Shown here piece by piece: positions 58,432 to 64,000 of a DNA stretch of 64,000 bases. The translations under genes were made by a program, and so were the position numbers. The notes below the pieces were generated by a model. That model ran no database searches and was not told the origin of the DNA. It saw only the letters and a program-made list of their open reading frames with translations. Numbering within the stretch: position 1 is the stretch's first letter; each line of letters starts with the position of its first letter. This DNA is from an uncultured Candidatus Saccharibacteria bacterium (GTDB lineage: Bacteria > Patescibacteriota > Dojkabacteria > SC72): positions 90,534 to 154,533 of the forward strand of contig CAZZPP010000001.1 in NCBI GenBank assembly GCA_964655705.1, given 5' to 3'.

Positions 58432-60414
58432 ATGTGTGGGATTTTAGGTTTTGTAAAAACAGGAAATTCTGATATAGAGGAAGTAGGTATTGAGAAAATT
58501 CTTAAGCATCTATATTCATTCTCTGAAATCAGAGGCCATGACTCCTCGGGTATCGCAGTGGTAGAAGATAAGAAAATATTTGTGTACAAGAGAGCTATAC
58601 CTGCTTCTAGCTTTATTAAGACAAAGCCTTATAAAGAGCTAATTTCTAATGAAACAAAAATTCAAGCAATTATCGCTCATGCGCGTATGGAGACTAATGG
58701 ATCTTTTGCTGAGAATAGAAATAATCAACCAGTAGTGAAAGATGGGTTGATTACGGTACATAATGGAATTATTGTAAATGATGAAGAGTTATGGAAGAAA
58801 TATCCAGACCTGAAAAGGAAATACGAGGTTGATACGGAGGTCTTTAATTCCTTGGTGACTCTTCACACTCAGAAAGAGGGGGATCTTTTATCATCAATCA
58901 AAAAGACACTAAAATTGATAAAGGGTTCATACTCTTTTGCAACTCTATTTGAGAAATATAATTATCTACTTTTAGCTACAAATACTGGATCCTTGTATTA
59001 TATTAAGGGTAATAAATCTATTGTTTTCGCCTCTGAATTTGAATTTCTCAACTCTATGAAGAACAAGTATCCATCCGTATTTAGTAAATGCATTATTTCT
59101 CAATTAAAAGCAAAGGAATTTATATTGATAAATTTGAATAATACTGAAATTATTAATAATGATAAATCAAAAAGAAAAGAAATAGAAAAAAAAGAACGAA
59201 AATCTGAAATGATAGATGTTGTTGAAATTGAAAATACTAAAAGAAAAAGAAATGAACTTCTTAATGACAAAAAAAAATCTGAAGTAACAAAATTTATAAA
59301 GTCCGAGTATGACAATAGAATTGATAGAATTAGGGGATTACGAAGATGTAAGAAATGTATATTACCTGAAACTATGCCTTTTATTGAATTCGATGAAGAA
59401 GGTGTTTGTAATTATTGTAGAGGTTATAAAAAAATTAAACACAATGGTGTAGAGAATTTGGAGAAAATACTTTCCCAATATCGTAGAACTGACGGAAGAC
59501 CAGATTGTATTATGGCATTTAGTGGAGGAAGAGATAGTAGCTATGCACTTCACTATATTAAAAATGAAATGAAAATGAATCCTGTTGCATATTCTTACGA
59601 TTGGGGAATGTTGACTGACTTAGGAAGAAGAAATCAAGCAAGAATGACAGGTTCATTAGGAATTGAGCATATCCTTATCTCCGCTGATATTCAAAGAAAA
59701 AGAGAAAATATAAGAATGAATGTAAAGGCTTGGTTAAAAAGACCTAATTTAGGAACAGTCCCATTATTTATGGCTGGGGATAAGCAGTATTTTTACTATG
59801 CTAGCATGTTAAGTAAACAAATGGATTTGGATTTAGTAATACTTAGTGAAAATCTATTAGAAGTTACAAATTTTAAAACAGGTTTTTGTGGTATTAAACC
59901 AAAGAAAGTGAAAGGTAAAAAATTCTATGCATTATCATTATCTTCAATGTTTAAACTAGTGGCATTTTATGGAAAAGAATATTTATTAAATCCGGCATAT
60001 ATAAACAGATCTTTAATTGATAGTATCGGAGCGTTTGGTTCTTACTATGTAATGCCTCATAAATTACTTTCACTCTATTCATATATTCCTTGGGACGAAA
60101 AAGAAGTTGAAGATGTCCTTTTAAATAAATATGATTGGGAAATTGCAAAAGATACTAATAGTACATGGAGGATTGGAGATGGGACAGCATCTTTTTATAA
60201 TTACATTTATTATATGATTGCTGGTTTTTCTGAAATAGATACATTTAGAAGTAATCAGATTAGAGAAGGGGTTTTATCAAGGGAAGAGGCTTTATTATGT
60301 GCAGAAAAAGAAAATAAACCTAGAATAGAATCCTTAATATGGTATACAGATACAATAGGAATTGACTTGTTTGAAGCCTTGAAAAGAATTAATTCTGTTA
60401 AAACCTTATACTAA
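58432..60414 (+). CDS. Class II glutamine amidotransferase fused to N-acetyl-sugar amidotransferase (WbpG-like PP-loop domain)
   Basis: MCGI..RGHDSSG..HNG; RCKKC..CNYC; SGGRDSS. Confidence 0.85.
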   Translation: MCGILGFVKTGNSDIEEVGIEKILKHLYSFSEIRGHDSSGIAVVEDKKIFVYKRAIPASSFIKTKPYKELISNETKIQAIIAHARMETNGSFAENRNNQPVVKDGLITVHNGIIVNDEELWKKYPDLKRKYEVDTEVFNSLVTLHTQKEGDLLSSIKKTLKLIKGSYSFATLFEKYNYLLLATNTGSLYYIKGNKSIVFASEFEFLNSMKNKYPSVFSKCIISQLKAKEFILINLNNTEIINNDKSKRKEIEKKERKSEMIDVVEIENTKRKRNELLNDKKKSEVTKFIKSEYDNRIDRIRGLRRCKKCILPETMPFIEFDEEGVCNYCRGYKKIKHNGVENLEKILSQYRRTDGRPDCIMAFSGGRDSSYALHYIKNEMKMNPVAYSYDWGMLTDLGRRNQARMTGSLGIEHILISADIQRKRENIRMNVKAWLKRPNLGTVPLFMAGDKQYFYYASMLSKQMDLDLVILSENLLEVTNFKTGFCGIKPKKVKGKKFYALSLSSMFKLVAFYGKEYLLNPAYINRSLIDSIGAFGSYYVMPHKLLSLYSYIPWDEKEVEDVLLNKYDWEIAKDTNSTWRIGDGTASFYNYIYYMIAGFSEIDTFRSNQIREGVLSREEALLCAEKENKPRIESLIWYTDTIGIDLFEALKRINSVKTLY

Positions 60415-61535
60415 TGAAAAAGATAATCAACATTTTATTCAATGACTTTACAAATGATAATAGAGTATTCAAAGAATCTCAGAGCTTAATTAATGAAGGA
60501 TATAATGTTGAATTAGTTGCTACTAGGTTTGATAGAAATAATCCAATTGATGAAGAAATTAAAGGAATAAAAGTACATAGAGTTTCTGTTGGAAAGTTCA
60601 ATTTTCTTCCATTAAATCTTTTTTTGTTTTGGTTAAAAGTAGTTAGATTGTATAAAAAAGAAGCAATATTTCATTGTAATGATTTATATGCCCTACCTCC
60701 AGCATTTTTCATTAAAAAATTCATAAATAGAAATGTAAAGATTGTGTATGACTGTCATGAGCATGAGACAGAAGCTGGCATATATATAGAGAAACCAATC
60801 TTAAAGTGGTTTGCCAAGGTGACTGAAAAGGTGATGATAAAGTCAGTAGACAATGTAATTACAGTTAGTGAATCTATTGCAGAGGACTATGTAAAGTTAT
60901 ATGCAATTGAAAAACCACAATTAGTTCTGAACTGTCCGAACTACAAAGAATACAGAGGTTTGGATATTTTTAGAAAGAAATTTAAACTAGGTAAGGAAAA
61001 GATAATTTTCCTTTTTCAAGGGGAATATTTAAAGGGGAGAGGAGTAGACAATTTAATTGAAATATTCAAAGTACTTGAAAAAGAAAATAAAAGTCTAGTG
61101 CTTATACTTTTAGTTTATGGAGAAGGTATTGAGAGCTTAAAAGAGAAAATCAAAGGAATACAGAATATCTTTTGGCATGATAAGGTGTCAAAGGACATTT
61201 ATATGGATTATGTGGCTTCATGTGATTGGGGTATATATTTAATGGAAAATATTTGTAAAAATCACGATTATGCTTTACCTAATAAACTTTTTGACTATAT
61301 TATGGCAGGTTTACCAGTGGTGGTATCAAACCTGAAGGAAATGAGCAAATTTGTTGATGAAAATCATATCGGTTATACTGTTGATTCAACAAACCCCGAT
61401 AATATAGTTAAATTACTAAAGGGATTCACAAATACGAGTAAAGAGGAATTCAGTGAGAATCTTAAAATAGTATCAAAAAAATATTGTTGGGAAGAGCAAG
61501 AAAAAGTATTAATTAAAATATATAATTCATTGTAA
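60414..61535 (+). CDS. GT4 glycosyltransferase
   Basis: DNRVFKE, YDCHE, ALPNKLFDYIMAGLPVV. Confidence 0.88.
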   Translation: MKKIINILFNDFTNDNRVFKESQSLINEGYNVELVATRFDRNNPIDEEIKGIKVHRVSVGKFNFLPLNLFLFWLKVVRLYKKEAIFHCNDLYALPPAFFIKKFINRNVKIVYDCHEHETEAGIYIEKPILKWFAKVTEKVMIKSVDNVITVSESIAEDYVKLYAIEKPQLVLNCPNYKEYRGLDIFRKKFKLGKEKIIFLFQGEYLKGRGVDNLIEIFKVLEKENKSLVLILLVYGEGIESLKEKIKGIQNIFWHDKVSKDIYMDYVASCDWGIYLMENICKNHDYALPNKLFDYIMAGLPVVVSNLKEMSKFVDENHIGYTVDSTNPDNIVKLLKGFTNTSKEEFSENLKIVSKKYCWEEQEKVLIKIYNSL

Positions 61536-61537
61536 AT

Positions 61538-62602
61538 ATGAAAGTAATTTCATTAATAGGAGCTAGACCTCAATATATAAAAGAAGCGGTGCTAAATAAA
61601 GCTTTTAAAGAAGCCGGTGTAGAAGAAATAATAGTAAACTCTGGTCAACACTATGATTATAATATGGCTGATGTATTTTTTGAGAAATTAAATATTAAAG
61701 CACCTGATTACAATCTTAAAGTAGGATCTGGTTTACATGGTGAAATGACTGCAAAGATAATGATTGAATTTGAGAAGTTAGTCATGGACATCAAACCGGA
61801 CGTAGTTTTGGTATATGGAGATACCAATACAACATTAGCTGGAGCAATTGTTACAACAAAATTAAAAATACCTTTAGCGCATGTTGAGGCTGGAGTTAGA
61901 ATGCTTCCTAAGGATATGCCAGAAGAAATAAATAGGACATTAACAGATAGGATATCTAATTACCTTTTCTGTCCCTCAGAATTGTCAGTAGTAAATCTTA
62001 AAAAGGAGGGTATTACCCAGGGGGTATATTTTACTGGAGATGTAACATATGATTTGTTTTTACAATCCAAGGAACATTTTGATTACTCTGTATATGAAAA
62101 TATGAAATTAGAGGAGAATAAATATATATTAGTTACTCTTCATAGAGATTATAATGTTGATGATAATGAGAGATTTGAGAAAATACTTAAAGAATTAGAT
62201 AAACTATCAAAAGATTTTAGAATAGTATTTCCAATACACCCAAGAAGTAAAAAAAGGATAGAACAATTTGGATATGAAAAGTATATTAATGGAATAGAGT
62301 TAATTGAACCCATAGACTATCTTTCTTTAATGGGATTACTTCAACATAGTAAGAGTGTGATTACTGATAGTGGAGGATTTCAAAAGGAGGCATACTTTAG
62401 TAAAAAACCTGCATACTTACCTATGCCTGATCCAGCATGGCACGAATTAGTTAATTACGGAATGAATACTTTGTGTGAAGCGGACAATATATATGAAAAG
62501 ATTTTAGATGAGAAAGATTATAATTATGTTCCTAATATATATGGGCAAGGAGATGCAGGAGAGAAAATAGTTAATATACTTGGAGAAAGAATAGATGTTT
62601 AA
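61538..62602 (+). CDS. wecB: UDP-N-acetylhexosamine 2-epimerase (WecB/WbpI-like)
   Basis: GARPQ, GQHYD, YGDTNTT, HVEAG, MPEEINR, TDSGG. Confidence 0.9.
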   Translation: MKVISLIGARPQYIKEAVLNKAFKEAGVEEIIVNSGQHYDYNMADVFFEKLNIKAPDYNLKVGSGLHGEMTAKIMIEFEKLVMDIKPDVVLVYGDTNTTLAGAIVTTKLKIPLAHVEAGVRMLPKDMPEEINRTLTDRISNYLFCPSELSVVNLKKEGITQGVYFTGDVTYDLFLQSKEHFDYSVYENMKLEENKYILVTLHRDYNVDDNERFEKILKELDKLSKDFRIVFPIHPRSKKRIEQFGYEKYINGIELIEPIDYLSLMGLLQHSKSVITDSGGFQKEAYFSKKPAYLPMPDPAWHELVNYGMNTLCEADNIYEKILDEKDYNYVPNIYGQGDAGEKIVNILGERIDV

Positions 62603-63770
62603 AGAAAAGAATATTTTATATATCGTACATTCATATCATTCTTTCCAAAAAGATAGTATAGAGGCTTTAGCTAAAGAATTTAACAATGTATATGTAATAG
62701 TAAGATATAAACCCATTGCTGAGATATCAAAATATTTACCAATAAAGAGTCTTAGTATACATACCAGAGAGCATGCAATACAGGAGGAAGGGAAGCCTGA
62801 GAATGTTCATCTATACACAGCTCCCCTCTGGTATCTGCCAATCAATTTTTTTTACAAATTTCTAGGGGATTATCACTTTAAAGTAGTAGATAGAATTATA
62901 AAAAGAGAGAAAATTAAATTTGATTTAATTCATGCACATTTTACATGGACCTCTGGGTATGTTGGAATGAGGCTTAAAGAAAAATATAATGTGCCCTTTG
63001 TTTTAAATATTCATAGTAGTCGAACGCTAGAGGAAGAACTAAAGTTCAAAAATAAAAGGGCAATCTCTATATGGAAGAGTGCAGATGCAATTATTAGGGT
63101 TAATAAAGAAAATATTGAAGAACTAAAGCAGTACAATAAAGAGACATACTATATCCCAAATGGCTTTAATCAGAATTTGTTTTTTCCCACTAGTAAAATG
63201 GAAGCTAGAAAATCTCTAAATCTAGATTTAGATAAAGAGATACTTTTATCAGTAGGTCATTTAGATGAGGTTAAGGGTCATATTTATCTCGTCCATGCTG
63301 TTAACGAGTTGATAAAAAAGAAAGGATTAACTAATCTGAGGTTGTATATAGTAGGCGAGGGGGAATATAGAAAAAGTTTAGAAAAAAAGATAAAAGATTT
63401 CGGGCTTGAGGAATATATATATTTAGTTGGTAAAAAATTTCACCAAGATTTACCTGCTTGGTTTAATGCTTGTGATATATTTGTTTTACCAAGTTTGTCA
63501 GAGAGTTTTGGAATTGTTCAACTAGAGGCCTTGGCTTGTGGTAAGCCTGTAGTTGCTACACTTAATTCTGGAAGTAAACAACTCATTACTTCAGATCGAT
63601 TAGGCTTACTGTGTAGGGTTGGAGATCCACTTGATCTAAGTAAAAAATTACATTTAGCATTAAGTAAAAGATGGTCTGATGCAGAAATTATTAAATATTC
63701 ACAGAGATATACTTGGAGTAATATAGTTAAAGAGTTTTTATCAATATATAGAAAGATATTAGAGAAATAA
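62595..63770 (+). CDS. GT4 glycosyltransferase
   Basis: IPNG, KGH, PSLSESFGIVQLEALACG. Confidence 0.9.
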   Translation: MFKEKNILYIVHSYHSFQKDSIEALAKEFNNVYVIVRYKPIAEISKYLPIKSLSIHTREHAIQEEGKPENVHLYTAPLWYLPINFFYKFLGDYHFKVVDRIIKREKIKFDLIHAHFTWTSGYVGMRLKEKYNVPFVLNIHSSRTLEEELKFKNKRAISIWKSADAIIRVNKENIEELKQYNKETYYIPNGFNQNLFFPTSKMEARKSLNLDLDKEILLSVGHLDEVKGHIYLVHAVNELIKKKGLTNLRLYIVGEGEYRKSLEKKIKDFGLEEYIYLVGKKFHQDLPAWFNACDIFVLPSLSESFGIVQLEALACGKPVVATLNSGSKQLITSDRLGLLCRVGDPLDLSKKLHLALSKRWSDAEIIKYSQRYTWSNIVKEFLSIYRKILEK

Positions 63771-63771
63771 T

Positions 63772-64000
63772 ATGATTGATTTTGTAAAAAAAATAATAAA
63801 TAAATATATTGGGGATAGTGCATATAAAAAGAATATCCTTTTAATGTCAGGTGGAAGAGTAGTAGCACAATTAATACCTATATTAATTACTCCCATTATT
63901 ACAAGAATATATTCACCTGAAGAATTTGGACTATTTGCCGTCTTCTTAACAATCGCTTCTTTTATTGCGATGATTTCTAATGGTAGATACTGTTTAGCAA
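63772..64000 (+). CDS. Wzx-type oligosaccharide flippase (5' part, truncated by window)
   Basis: Manual translation MIDFVKK..NILLMSGGRVVAQLIPILITPIITRIYSPEEFG. Confidence 0.8.
   Translation, partial: MIDFVKKIINKYIGDSAYKKNILLMSGGRVVAQLIPILITPIITRIYSPEEFGLFAVFLTIASFIAMISNGRYCLA

Noticed and set aside
1-64000. DGR reverse transcriptase, Avd or template repeat; CRISPR array; integrase/transposase; rRNA
   Set aside because: No RT motif, no AAC-rich copy of the VR, no regular repeat-spacer array and no recombinase motifs seen by eye.

Overview
AT-rich bacterial chromosomal window, standard code 11 (TAG/TAA/TGA all used as stops). Gene content and style (dimeric GlyRS, archaeal-type UMP kinase, DsbA, DUF3048, few Shine-Dalgarno sites) point to a Patescibacteria/CPR organism, possibly Dojkabacteria (inference). 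1-17 kb: translation/transcription housekeeping (pyrH, two Gre factors, trmD, glyQS, lysS, serS, miaA, tRNA-Glu, tRNA-Pro), a degenerate SecD/SecF-like pair and a HigBA-like toxin-antitoxin pair. 17.9-28.2 kb: ECF sigma/anti-sigma pair, surface proteins, ferredoxin-NUDIX-HIT operon, DsbA. 28.3-64 kb: large surface-glycan locus (Wzm/Wzt, many GT2/GT4, a UbiA/HAD/GtrA module, rmlBACD, WbpA/B/D/E/I-like diacetamido-uronic acid pathway, start of Wzx). Highlights: (1) a remote diversity-generating retroelement (DGR) target with a GC-rich variable repeat and downstream hairpin but no RT or template repeat in the window; (2) an ECF-type promoter repeated inside the anti-sigma gene before in-frame ATGs; (3) an unannotated multi-hairpin element upstream of the ferredoxin; (4) a ~32-bp periodic palindrome array in front of an AAA+/DUF4143 gene. 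All calls come from reading motifs by eye; no database searches were run.
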